From assembly GCA_965208835.1 (NCBI GenBank), contig OZ242358.1, positions 4,288,001 through 4,352,000 of the forward strand: 64,000 bases of DNA. The letters run 5' to 3'. Positions 40,801 through 48,637 of the stretch are shown here, piece by piece. Each line of letters begins with the position of its first letter. Positions within the stretch are counted from its first letter, which is position 1. The notes below the pieces were generated by a model, which saw only the letters and a list, made by a program, of their open reading frames with translations, ran no database searches and was not told the origin of the DNA. Origin of the DNA: Candidatus Latescibacterota bacterium (GTDB lineage: Bacteria; Latescibacterota; UBA2968; GCA-2709665). The translations under genes were made by a program, and so were the position numbers.

Positions 40801-41777
40801 GTGTTGGTGACGCGCAGGACGTCAATACCGACTGAACCCAATGCTTCATCGCGTGCTTCGTCCACCGCGACCGAGTCATCGTGTTCGGGACCGTCGATCT
40901 CTATGGCGAATGGAGGAGCTCCTGGGTGGCAGAAGAGAAAGTCTACGCGACGGACGCCGTTCCCGTATCCGCCCGAAGACTCAACCAGTCGGTCCAGCGG
41001 GGCCTGCGGGGTAAACCAGTGACCAGCTGTTGACTCAAGCGCCGCAGGCACCCACTGATTGAGAAACCAGCTTTCTGCCTGGCTCTGCAGCAGTGATACG
41101 TCCGACCCGGGATCAAAGTCGAAAGCAGGGTCTAGAATGAAACGGGCTCTTTCGGCGATCCTCGAGAGTACGGTATCAGCCGTGCAACGTAGCGACGAGC
41201 TTGTCCGCGGCACCCATCCAACGTCGGTATCTTCCCTATTGGTAACGTCCTGCCGATCCAAAAAGCCGTGGGCACGTAGCGCCTCCCGTTCAACCTCCAG
41301 AGTCGCCGGAGGCGTTTGGCCACGGCGCAGCAACTTGAGAATCAGGCCGGCGGCAAAGCGGACGTACTCGTCCACATGCCCGCGCTCTCGGCTCCGACGC
41401 GAGAAAAGAACGCATTGACTGAGGGCCCTCGTCAAACGCGCGTCCTGTCCTAGCTGTTCCTTGAGGATTCCCGGGATTGCACCTACCGAAACGTACTCCG
41501 GGATGAAGTTCAGTCGACGTACGCCCTCGATCCAATCGACCGGAAGCAGATCATGTTTCGGCACAGGCGCTCGGCGTGAGGTTGCCGCCGGCTCCGAATT
41601 GTTAGCAAGACGACGCGTCCCCCGGCACCGGGGAAACTTTGTACAACCCCAGAACCGTTCACCCGGATTGCGGCCCTTCTTCGCCGTACGAAGGGCCATT
41701 GGCGCACCACAGGAGGGGCAGCTTGGCGATTGGGGTCGGGAGATCGATTTGTTCATTTCGAGTTCGTTCAACGCCAA
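37896..41777 (-). CDS. Zn-ribbon + DUF559/Vsr-like nuclease + RecQ-family helicase fusion
   Basis: CPSCG..M.LR....G...G.RFWGCTKFPRC; RVDFL..AIEIDGPEH...DEARD..L...GIDVLRV; FRPMQ, TGGGKS, DEAHCVSEWGHDFRPAY, TGTA, ATKAFGMGID, YQEAGRAGRD. Start may be ATG 41756. Confidence 0.88.
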   Translation of the reverse strand: MALNELEMNKSISRPQSPSCPSCGAPMALRTAKKGRNPGERFWGCTKFPRCRGTRRLANNSEPAATSRRAPVPKHDLLPVDWIEGVRRLNFIPEYVSVGAIPGILKEQLGQDARLTRALSQCVLFSRRSRERGHVDEYVRFAAGLILKLLRRGQTPPATLEVEREALRAHGFLDRQDVTNREDTDVGWVPRTSSSLRCTADTVLSRIAERARFILDPAFDFDPGSDVSLLQSQAESWFLNQWVPAALESTAGHWFTPQAPLDRLVESSGGYGNGVRRVDFLFCHPGAPPFAIEIDGPEHDDSVAVDEARDEALGSVGIDVLRVTNTEVLNGRGDMLDKIRVRCREALTAFDQISGLERAVASLALDCANAARVQFTVARAMEYGWLTPDGSWEIHIQGAGTPAVPGVLDVLRFLAGIDVLYGGCSVPTKCSVRTDDGFFGAWSHEGGGQWVKAAETGTDGEPLRISAESAYSPYHSIPHEELDFVVRPVYVPALIAAAQSFDVRRRAAVVSTYEKARVPLRMFLRNIFRKKEFRPMQGQAILNALRQTDSVVLLQTGGGKSIIYQLAGLLMPGVTLVVDPITALIEDQVEGLRSYGIDRAASVTSYLAGREERASLLRRVERGEYLFVLHAPERLQSPRFRTALRALVESTLVNLAVIDEAHCVSEWGHDFRPAYLNLANNLRRLGVDGESNPPPLLALTGTASRAVLRDMLLDLGIDKNRSDSLIRPDSFDRSEIRFDIVRTSPVEDPSAALRGVLNALPGRFGLPRTEFFRSSGADTASGIVFVPTVNARIYGVQDVRSVVQHATGADVTIYSGSPPSSVDADKWDTRKRANAADFKSNRVPVLVATKAFGMGIDKSNIRYTVHFGMPMSLESFYQEAGRAGRDQKTARATIVFSEYDPGRSSELIDPELDLEVLREKFEVISGSTRTADDLTRALWFHLQSFGGAAREIVDVTDLLNALGDLASRQRIERPFEDGDDRIRAEKAIYRLLRLGVIDDYEVEFGSRRFVLHVDAFDFDRCKDSLLEFVRAAQPGRIKSLVRKVNKIDTVQARDAALALATILIEFTYDLVERSRRGMIREALLLARQARDDAEIRIRLLDYLQEGFGAEHIEGLLLNEDVELAAWWDLVSKVQSMMDAGELRGLCIRALETYPDHPGLLMTRALSEAMCMDHDGTVSARGISAAIRSGVEKYGIGWTDIEASIDEMYDLASTRAVDLGPPLTVALLDFVDASPDYACVAEKAIQRAVELDDPRVSAVIATWNIRDVFDRLKIVSDRVVRQYETPGLAEALGA

Positions 41778-41848
41778 TCAATCCCGCGCAGACGAGAACG
41801 GGTTACAACAGAAATGGCTTAGCCATCTACTGGATGGATTTATCGGGC

Positions 41849-41885
41849 ATAATAAATGCCCCTCAGACTTTCTGTCAAGGGGCAT
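41849..41885 (-). promoter_or_regulatory. terminator hairpin with embedded sigma70 promoter, copy A
   Basis: ATGCCCC-TTGACA-GAAAGTCTG-AGGGGCAT-T-TATTAT; 31/35 identical to 45014-45048. Confidence 0.75.
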
Positions 41886-41915
41886 AACACAGGTCGACTT
41901 TAACAGCGCGTCCGT

Positions 41916-41987
41916 CTACTCCACCGCAAACAGTCGGTTGCGCGCGGGGAGGCTGACGATCTTCGAATGGTGGTGGACCCTGAGATC
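41916..41987 (-). repeat. orphan duplicate of the 3' end of gene 45822-46562
   Basis: 72 bp, about 62/72 identical to 45822-45893 with a 32-bp identical core; encodes DLRVHHHSKIVSLPARNRLFAVE* versus DLKIHHYSKIVSLPARNRVFAVE*. Confidence 0.9.
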
Positions 41988-42085
41988 CCTTCTACCGGGA
42001 TCACCGTTTCGAAATTCGGTCCACGAAACGAGCGTATCGAAGCGTTAGTCTTCCTGCCGGATGGACCAGACTAGATCGCAAGAGC

Positions 42086-42114
42086 GGTCAGCAACATATC
42101 ACTCGTTGCTGACC
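42086..42114. terminator. hairpin just downstream of the Abi-like gene
   Basis: GGTCAGCAAC-N9-GTTGCTGACC, perfect 10-bp stem; no long U-tract. Confidence 0.45.
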
Positions 42115-42121
42115 ATGGAAT

Positions 42122-42892
42122 TTACGGACCTTCGAATGTTTCAAAAGCCCTTTTCTTATATAGGTCCAAATGTCTTTCGTCCAGAAGAACGTTGTAATCC
42201 ATGACCTCAAATAGTGAGTATCTCTCGACAAGGCGTTTGAATTTGGCTCCTCTGTCACTCAAGCAATTGTAGAAGACAACCCCTTGTTCATTACTAGACA
42301 AATGACCACGAATAAGATCCGTATAGTGCTTTTTCTCTTCGAAATCCTGCAAGAAAGAGTGTTCGTCAACGAATTTAATGGTATTGTAAAGATGCCGAAA
42401 ATAATGGTCTGCGCCCCGCAGATCGTTTTCCGCAAATTCCCTCCAGATCTCGTTGATGTCCCTGTTGGATTCGCTTTCGTACTTCGTCTTCAATCGACTG
42501 ATGTACGTACCAAAGCACTGACGTCCAGTACGATGAACTGAATCAGCAGTCTGCAATGAATCAACGATAGCAATGTGTGAGCGCAAGAGCTGAAAGAATG
42601 AACTCTCGAAATTTTGTTTCTTTGAGGTTTGGTCTTGCGCCATAAGTTGTTCTCTTTGGAGACCAAGTTCATTCTTCTGAAGGATTATCGCCAAAATTAC
42701 GCCCGCAAAGGCAAAACCGGCAAATAGCGCATTTATGGCACCGAACGTATCTCCGAATTGTCCTCGTTCCTCCAAATCTGGAAAGAGACATGAAATTGCC
42801 AGCGGATAGAGGATCCACAATCCAATGACAATTGCCGAGAAGATTAACATCCAACTCCATATTCGAGGCTTTTTTGCGGTATTTGTCACCAT
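42122..42892 (-). CDS. putative phage abortive infection protein (two TM helices)
   Basis: TM-GQFGDTFGAINALF-TM-LQ..EL..Q...FESSFFQLL, HYFRHLY..IKFVD, YT.LIR..LS..E, FYN. Confidence 0.82.
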   Translation of the reverse strand: MVTNTAKKPRIWSWMLIFSAIVIGLWILYPLAISCLFPDLEERGQFGDTFGAINALFAGFAFAGVILAIILQKNELGLQREQLMAQDQTSKKQNFESSFFQLLRSHIAIVDSLQTADSVHRTGRQCFGTYISRLKTKYESESNRDINEIWREFAENDLRGADHYFRHLYNTIKFVDEHSFLQDFEEKKHYTDLIRGHLSSNEQGVVFYNCLSDRGAKFKRLVERYSLFEVMDYNVLLDERHLDLYKKRAFETFEGP

Positions 42893-42917
42893 TGCCTCCA
42901 GTCAATAGCCATAGAAG

Positions 42918-43583
42918 TCAATACGCGGGGACCCCAGTCCTTTCGCCGATCCATTCGATCACAGTCGCGAATGTCGGACACTGCTTCACGATGTCATGTA
43001 TGTCTGCGTTCCTAAGAATTGCATCGCTATCCCTAATCTCGCTATAGGATCGTTTAAGGTGTTTCCGGAATAATTCCTCGACGATTCTCTTCGGAGGTTT
43101 GTCCTGATTCTGTTTTTCGGGCGGTCGCCGCCATCCGCCGGGACTCTTCGACATCTTGAGTCGGGACTGAAGTTGGTCGGTCGCCGCGAGGAGCAGAACT
43201 TCCATGTCGTGTTTCAGGGCGTTTGCGTGGAATCTAGCGATATGACTTTCGACATCCCTTCGACTCATTCCAGTCTTTTCCAATTCGCCCCGTACCAGCC
43301 GGTCTTGCACATCCTGCAATTCTCCCAAATTCCGATGTCTGTAATTGTCGGAAATGCCGCGGTTCGGATAAAGGTCTGGCAGGCTAACAACAAGATCGCA
43401 CGGATCGTTTACGAGTTTTTCCATCGCTCGTGACCCGATTTTTGTAAGGAATTTGGGCTTGTTATCGAGTTGAATTAGCTGAATGCCCCTGCCGTTTTCT
43501 CGTAGTTCCCGCCTCCATCCACCCCACAACGCCTCCAATGCACCAACGTCAGACCTACCCTCCACAAATACCCAGACTTTCAT
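42918..43583 (-). CDS. DUF4276-family (TOPRIM-like) protein
   Basis: VFVEG..D, PDLY, HDMEVLLLA, PE.QN...PP.R, CP.F; ATGA overlap with the ATPase stop. Confidence 0.78.
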   Translation of the reverse strand: MKVWVFVEGRSDVGALEALWGGWRRELRENGRGIQLIQLDNKPKFLTKIGSRAMEKLVNDPCDLVVSLPDLYPNRGISDNYRHRNLGELQDVQDRLVRGELEKTGMSRRDVESHIARFHANALKHDMEVLLLAATDQLQSRLKMSKSPGGWRRPPEKQNQDKPPKRIVEELFRKHLKRSYSEIRDSDAILRNADIHDIVKQCPTFATVIEWIGERTGVPAY

Positions 43584-44872
43584 GCACCGGCCTCCAGTTC
43601 GCCAGAGCGGTGGAGGTCGCCAAGGGTTTCGCCTGAGACATCTTGAAGCATATTCACGAGCGTCTGCCGGTTCGCTGGACGATGCCAGACGACCTTCGCA
43701 TCGTCCTCATTCCGCGCCATTACGCCAACGGTATCAATATCGAAGCAGTTGAGCAGATCCGGGCTGTGGGTGGTTACCAGCACCTGGTTGCGCGCTGCGG
43801 CGGCCTTAATCATCTCAGCCACAACCGGCAACATACCGGGATGTAGACCCAATTCCGGTTCGTCAATTGCCAAAAATAGCAGGGGCTTCGGATTCAATAG
43901 AGCAGTCGCGAGACATAGGAATCGCAGCATGCCATCCGAAAGATCCCATAGATTCATCGACCTGTACATGCCCTTCTCGCGGACGCCAACGAGCAGTTGC
44001 GGTGGTGTGCCAAACGTAGTGTCGCAATGGATTTCTTCGAAAGCGGGATACGCCGCCCGGAGAAATTCCCGGAGTTCCTCTGCTGATGACCTGTAATCAT
44101 ATCGTGTGAGGATTTCGTGGAGAACAGTACCCAGGTTGTCGCCGTTAGCCGAAAGGGTTGTAACCGGCTTGATCTCGGCGGCCTTAGTGCGAAGTGCCGA
44201 AGATCGTGTGACATCGAACCCTGGATAGAACGCCATATTCGTAAGCAAGTAGCGTACCCAAGAGGGAACGGGAAATTCGTTGAAGAAGCGGATTTGCGAC
44301 AGCAGCAAAGCGGCATCTTGTTGGACAGAATCTTGGGCGCTACCTGCCTGGTTTGGTTCCGCGCCTTCCGACTCACGCACGACTTCAGCTGCGGTTTGGG
44401 TTTCATCGAATGATATCAGACGCCGTTGCTTATTGTCGAATATGTGTCGTCGATAGGGGGTTACTTCGAGGAATTTAAGCGGATTGTTAAATCCCTGTCT
44501 AGGATCTTGTGTTCGGAGTACTTCGTAATGCGGGCGAATCTGACCATGACCATCGACCTTAAGAACAACCTCGTATACCAGTGGTTCGCCCCATTCTAAA
44601 GGAAGAGTAACCGATGTGGATGGATTGAGAAAAGTCATTTTCCACGTAAGTTCATTTTCCGCCTTACCTGAAGTCAGAATGGAAGCCGCCCCGTAGTGCC
44701 ATCCGAAAGCAGTATTGAGAGGCACTTCACTGCATTCGCCTATCAGTTGCAGGCAATCAATAAGCGTGCTCTTGCCGACCCCGTTTGCACCAATGACCAC
44801 CGTGAGCGGCGTGAAGTCCGCCTTGAATTCGTCTAGAAGCCGGTAGCCCCCGATCTCGATTTCAGTAATCAT
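43580..44872 (-). CDS. AAA_21/AAA_15-type ABC ATPase
   Basis: Walker A GANGVGKS, signature LSDG, Walker B IDEPELGLHP, H-loop TTHS. Confidence 0.92.
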   Translation of the reverse strand: MITEIEIGGYRLLDEFKADFTPLTVVIGANGVGKSTLIDCLQLIGECSEVPLNTAFGWHYGAASILTSGKAENELTWKMTFLNPSTSVTLPLEWGEPLVYEVVLKVDGHGQIRPHYEVLRTQDPRQGFNNPLKFLEVTPYRRHIFDNKQRRLISFDETQTAAEVVRESEGAEPNQAGSAQDSVQQDAALLLSQIRFFNEFPVPSWVRYLLTNMAFYPGFDVTRSSALRTKAAEIKPVTTLSANGDNLGTVLHEILTRYDYRSSAEELREFLRAAYPAFEEIHCDTTFGTPPQLLVGVREKGMYRSMNLWDLSDGMLRFLCLATALLNPKPLLFLAIDEPELGLHPGMLPVVAEMIKAAAARNQVLVTTHSPDLLNCFDIDTVGVMARNEDDAKVVWHRPANRQTLVNMLQDVSGETLGDLHRSGELEAGA

Positions 44873-45011
44873 AGGAATAGACCTTTCATCTCAATTCCCG
44901 AAAATCTCTCCGTACTCGGCTCTGTCAGTCGAGTACATGACCCTAGAATTCGGGAACCACGCCCCGGCCGCAATATAGAGTCGAATACGACAGATTCAAG
45001 GACAACTGACT

Positions 45012-45048
45012 ACAATAAACGCCCCTCAGTCTCCCTGTCAAGGGGCAT
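45012..45048 (-). promoter_or_regulatory. terminator hairpin with embedded sigma70 promoter, copy B
   Basis: ATGCCCC-TTGACA-GGGAGACTG-AGGGGCGT-T-TATTGT. Confidence 0.75.
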
Positions 45049-45143
45049 GGTACTGGCGATAATCGTGCCGGCACTGCCTAATTTTCCTCAATTTACCGAA
45101 CCGGATCAACTTACGGATGGTGCGGGCGAATCGGACGCAATGT

Positions 45144-45770
45144 CTACTTCAATCTGACTTTGGGATCGTCCTCATACGCCGAGTCAATCTGGACCAGGCG
45201 CTCCAGAATCCTGCAGAACAACTCGAAGAGATCCTTCAATGCCTCGGCTTCCCTGATCACACCTGCACATTCAAAATACAACTCATCGACGCCATCGGGA
45301 AAATCGGCGCCAAAGATGCCTTCGTCGTCTTTAATCCGGAGATGTACCTTCGGCTGTTTCTGAAACAACTCCCGTATCCTCTCATCGGCCAGCAGAAGCT
45401 TGATCTTTTCCGGACTGTTGCCCTTGATCAGGAACCGGTCGTCAAAAAACCGATCGCCGATAACGATGTCCCGCATACCGAAGAGTCTACCGATCGAACT
45501 CAGGAATCCTTCGAGTGAAACATCGAAGTAGAGACCATCCTTGTTGACGAACGGCGCCCGCATCCGGGTGTACTGCACTGTCATCATCATCGTTCCCGAA
45601 TAGGTTGTCTCCGTACGGGTATCGAGGATGATCCGCCACTCACCGTGTTTGTACGTAACGGCGTTCTCTCCCCAGAAACCCCCGTCGATGAATTCACCCG
45701 CAATATCTGACGCAATCTGCCTCCAGATTTCATCCTTTGACGGGCCGAAGATCGACCTGCGTATGCTCAT
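45144..45770 (-). CDS. DUF3137-like protein
   Basis: FGPSK.EIWRQ, YTRMRAP.VN.DG, GM.DI.IG..FD..F.IK; GGAGG RBS. Confidence 0.7.
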   Translation of the reverse strand: MSIRRSIFGPSKDEIWRQIASDIAGEFIDGGFWGENAVTYKHGEWRIILDTRTETTYSGTMMMTVQYTRMRAPFVNKDGLYFDVSLEGFLSSIGRLFGMRDIVIGDRFFDDRFLIKGNSPEKIKLLLADERIRELFQKQPKVHLRIKDDEGIFGADFPDGVDELYFECAGVIREAEALKDLFELFCRILERLVQIDSAYEDDPKVRLK

Positions 45771-45821
45771 TCTTCCTCCATAGCGGAGATCTTTCAGAAT
45801 GTGGACGTCTGCCGGCGTGCC

Positions 45822-46562
45822 CTACTCCACCGCGAAGACCCGGTTGCGCGCGGGGAGGCTGACGATCTTCGAGTAGTGGTGGATTTTCAGATCGGGATTT
45901 GCGGGATCGACGGCGGTGGGCGCTTCGATCACGAAGTCGGCAAAGTGCGGTGTATTGAACGCCACGAAGGCGAGCGACAGGCAGTCGACAAGCCGTTCAG
46001 GCCGTCTCGAGAGATCCGGAAAGGCGATCGGACCGGTATCGACCTGGTAGCGATCGTCCTCGCGGCGGGTGTTCATCGTCTTCACCGGACACTCGATGAG
46101 GGTGCTGAGTCTGGTATCGTCGTTTCGAACTTCGGTCTGCGAGACCAGCGGCGCGAAGCGGTAGGTTTCCTCGCGGATGGACGCGTTCGAGGGCAATTCA
46201 CGAACGCTCGCGCCTTCCACGAGGTGGAGATCATAACCGCCGAACATCGCTGAGTACGGCCGTGTTTCTCGGTAGTGGTCGTTCAAGCTAACCGGACGCC
46301 GGAAGATGAGACCGTACTTCGCGCTGAAAATCGGCAGGAAGTCGTAGTTGTCCTGCTTGAACAGGTCCTTCCGGTGAAAGGTATTCTCGCTCTTGCAGGA
46401 AGCGGTCTGATAGAACTCCTCGCTGGTCCCCGCGCTTTCGTCCAGGACCCGGGTTCGCGACTCGATCCAGAAGCGCACCTCATTGGCCGAACCTTTCCCG
46501 ATGAGGAATGAACGGCCGTAGTCCAGCGGGATCATATCGATTCCGACAGTCGGAGTCCCCAT
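45822..46562 (-). CDS. conserved hypothetical protein (anchor gene of the defence hotspot)
   Basis: PLDYGRSF, NEVRFWIESR, ASCKSENTF, NYDF.P.F, IECPVKTMN, YQVDTGP; host-like composition. Confidence 0.75.
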   Translation of the reverse strand: MGTPTVGIDMIPLDYGRSFLIGKGSANEVRFWIESRTRVLDESAGTSEEFYQTASCKSENTFHRKDLFKQDNYDFLPIFSAKYGLIFRRPVSLNDHYRETRPYSAMFGGYDLHLVEGASVRELPSNASIREETYRFAPLVSQTEVRNDDTRLSTLIECPVKTMNTRREDDRYQVDTGPIAFPDLSRRPERLVDCLSLAFVAFNTPHFADFVIEAPTAVDPANPDLKIHHYSKIVSLPARNRVFAVE

Positions 46563-46563
46563 G

Positions 46564-47673
46564 TTATCGCCCCGTTACCGATGCCTCCCGTAGACGCCCT
46601 GGGAGCAGGTATCGATACTGCTTGAAGTCGTTGTCAATCTTTGAGCGGCAGCCTGATCGCCTCTCCTGTCCGGAGGAGCGGTAAGCCGCCAGGGCGATCT
46701 CGACCGCTGCCCTGCCGTCTTCCCCGCTGACCGGTGGACGTGTATCATTTACGATGCAGGCGATGAAATCCCTCACCTCGTCGGCAAACGCCTTCTGCCG
46801 CGGGTCCTCAACCGCCGCGTGGTCGTACACGGTCTCCCACTGCGACGCGCCATCGCGGACAACCTTGACCTTGTTGTACGGATCGACCTCCATCAAGCCT
46901 TTTTCTCCGACGAGTTCGGCGGCGCAACTGAAACCCTTCCAGCCAGGTGGTGGAAGCGCTTCGGAGTAGATGAGGTGGGCGCTGCCGCCATTCCGAAAGC
47001 CAATCATCAACATGTTGGAAGTGACGTCTCCGGGAACCTCGGTTCGCAGGGAATAGGACCGCGCGAAGACATATTCCGCCTCGCTTTCGAACCACCAGCG
47101 CAGCCTGTCGATGTTGTGTACGCCCCAACCGATGAGACCGCCCGGCCCATAGAGATCCAGGTCCGTGAACCATGCCCGGCGTGGATCGGGCTTGCGGTAG
47201 CCGGGCGTGGCGAGCGTATCCCTGCACATGAGCAGCCGGCCGATCGCGCCGTCGTCCAGCAGACGCTTGGATATGGCGCCGCCCTCCCAGTACCGGTGGC
47301 TCTGCGCGACCATGAGTTTGCAGCCCGCGCGTTCCGCGGTCCGGATGATGGCGTCACACTTTTCCAGCGTGACTTCCAGTGGTTTTTCCACGAGGACATG
47401 TTTGCCCGCTTCGAGGGCTGCAATGGCGTGATCGGCGTGAAGGGCGTGGGGCGTCGTTACGATAACCGCGTGAATATCGTCTCTCGAAACAAGAGATTCC
47501 AGACTTTCCTCATAATCCAGACCGTACTCGCCGGCGAGGCCGGGGCCGACCTCGGGCAGATCGGCGGGGTCGTTCACCGCAACGGCTTCTCCCAGAGTCA
47601 CGTCCTTGAGGGCGTCGATGTGCGTTCGCCCCATCTTGCCCGCGCCGACGATGCCAACCCGCACCCGTTCCAT
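46564..47673 (-). CDS. Gfo/Idh/MocA-family oxidoreductase (probable frameshift near the C-terminus; canonical stop at 46634)
   Basis: GIVGAG.MG..H, TPH..H, AGKHVLVEKP, GG....GVH.ID, PPVSGEDGR. Confidence 0.9.
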   Translation of the reverse strand: MERVRVGIVGAGKMGRTHIDALKDVTLGEAVAVNDPADLPEVGPGLAGEYGLDYEESLESLVSRDDIHAVIVTTPHALHADHAIAALEAGKHVLVEKPLEVTLEKCDAIIRTAERAGCKLMVAQSHRYWEGGAISKRLLDDGAIGRLLMCRDTLATPGYRKPDPRRAWFTDLDLYGPGGLIGWGVHNIDRLRWWFESEAEYVFARSYSLRTEVPGDVTSNMLMIGFRNGGSAHLIYSEALPPPGWKGFSCAAELVGEKGLMEVDPYNKVKVVRDGASQWETVYDHAAVEDPRQKAFADEVRDFIACIVNDTRPPVSGEDGRAAVEIALAAYRSSGQERRSGCRSKIDNDFKQYRYLLPGRLREASVTGR

Positions 47674-47720
47674 GGGAACCTCTAGAGTGATAGATGATGC
47701 AGACAGGTGGATTTATTTCA

Positions 47721-48617
47721 TCACATCAGGCGTTTGCGCCTGGCCAGATAGTTGAACAGTACCGTATCGAAAGGCATCGCGGTGTCCAGCATGACGTAGT
47801 CGATGAGACTTTCGCGGCACTCGCGGCCGAATCGCCCGGCAAGGGCGTCCATCCGGTCACTGTAATCGGAGGCGATGTGCCAGGGTTCGGTGGTGACGGC
47901 GGAGCCGGTTTCGAGATCCACGAATCGGGTCTCTCGACCGAAATCGAGGTCACGTTCCCTCGGGTCCAGGATGTGGAAGACGATGACTTCGTGCTTTCGA
48001 TGGCGGAAGTGTTTCAGGCCGGAAATCAGCGAACGGGGATCGTCCATCAGATCGGACAGAACCACGATGAGGCCCCGCCGAACGATACGTTCGGCAAGGC
48101 TGTGGAAGGTTGCTGCCAGGTCGGTGTCTTCACCCTCGGGGTTGGTATTCTGCAGCGTTTCGAGCAGGGCGTGAAGATGGGTTCCCGCTGATCTGGGCGG
48201 CAGGTAGGATCGAATGCCCCGATCGAAGGATACCAGGCCGACGGCGTCGCGCTGGCGCAGCATCAGGTACGACAGGGCGGCAGCGGTATACGTGGCGTAC
48301 TGGAACTTGGTGACGGAATTCGAGCCATAGGCCATCGACGCGCTGGCGTCCAGCAGGATGTAGGCCTTGAGATTGGTTTCTTCTTCGTATTGCTTTACGT
48401 AGAGCCTGTCGGTCTTGCCGTAGACCTTCCAGTCGACGTTGCGCGGCGGATCACCGGGTATGTACTGACGATATTCGGAAAACTCGACCGAGAATCCGTG
48501 GTACGGACTCTGGTGCAGCCCCGTAATGAAACCCTCGACCACGAGGCGGGCTACCAGGTCGAGGCCGGACAGGCGGGCGACGACTTCGGGCTGGAGATAG
48601 GTGCGAAAATCGGGCAT
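47721..48617 (-). CDS. DUF58-domain protein
   Basis: G.H.SP..G.SVEFSEYRQY.PGD, VDWK, K.YEEETN, DAS.SM, SDL. Confidence 0.93.
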   Translation of the reverse strand: MPDFRTYLQPEVVARLSGLDLVARLVVEGFITGLHQSPYHGFSVEFSEYRQYIPGDPPRNVDWKVYGKTDRLYVKQYEEETNLKAYILLDASASMAYGSNSVTKFQYATYTAAALSYLMLRQRDAVGLVSFDRGIRSYLPPRSAGTHLHALLETLQNTNPEGEDTDLAATFHSLAERIVRRGLIVVLSDLMDDPRSLISGLKHFRHRKHEVIVFHILDPRERDLDFGRETRFVDLETGSAVTTEPWHIASDYSDRMDALAGRFGRECRESLIDYVMLDTAMPFDTVLFNYLARRKRLM

Positions 48618-48637
48618 CGGCGTTGGGAATTGAGAGT

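Noticed and set aside
41988-42121. Integron attC site between defence genes
   Set aside because: No matching RYYYAAC/GTTRRRY box pair around the hairpin, no integron integrase, and the structure is not repeated after other genes.
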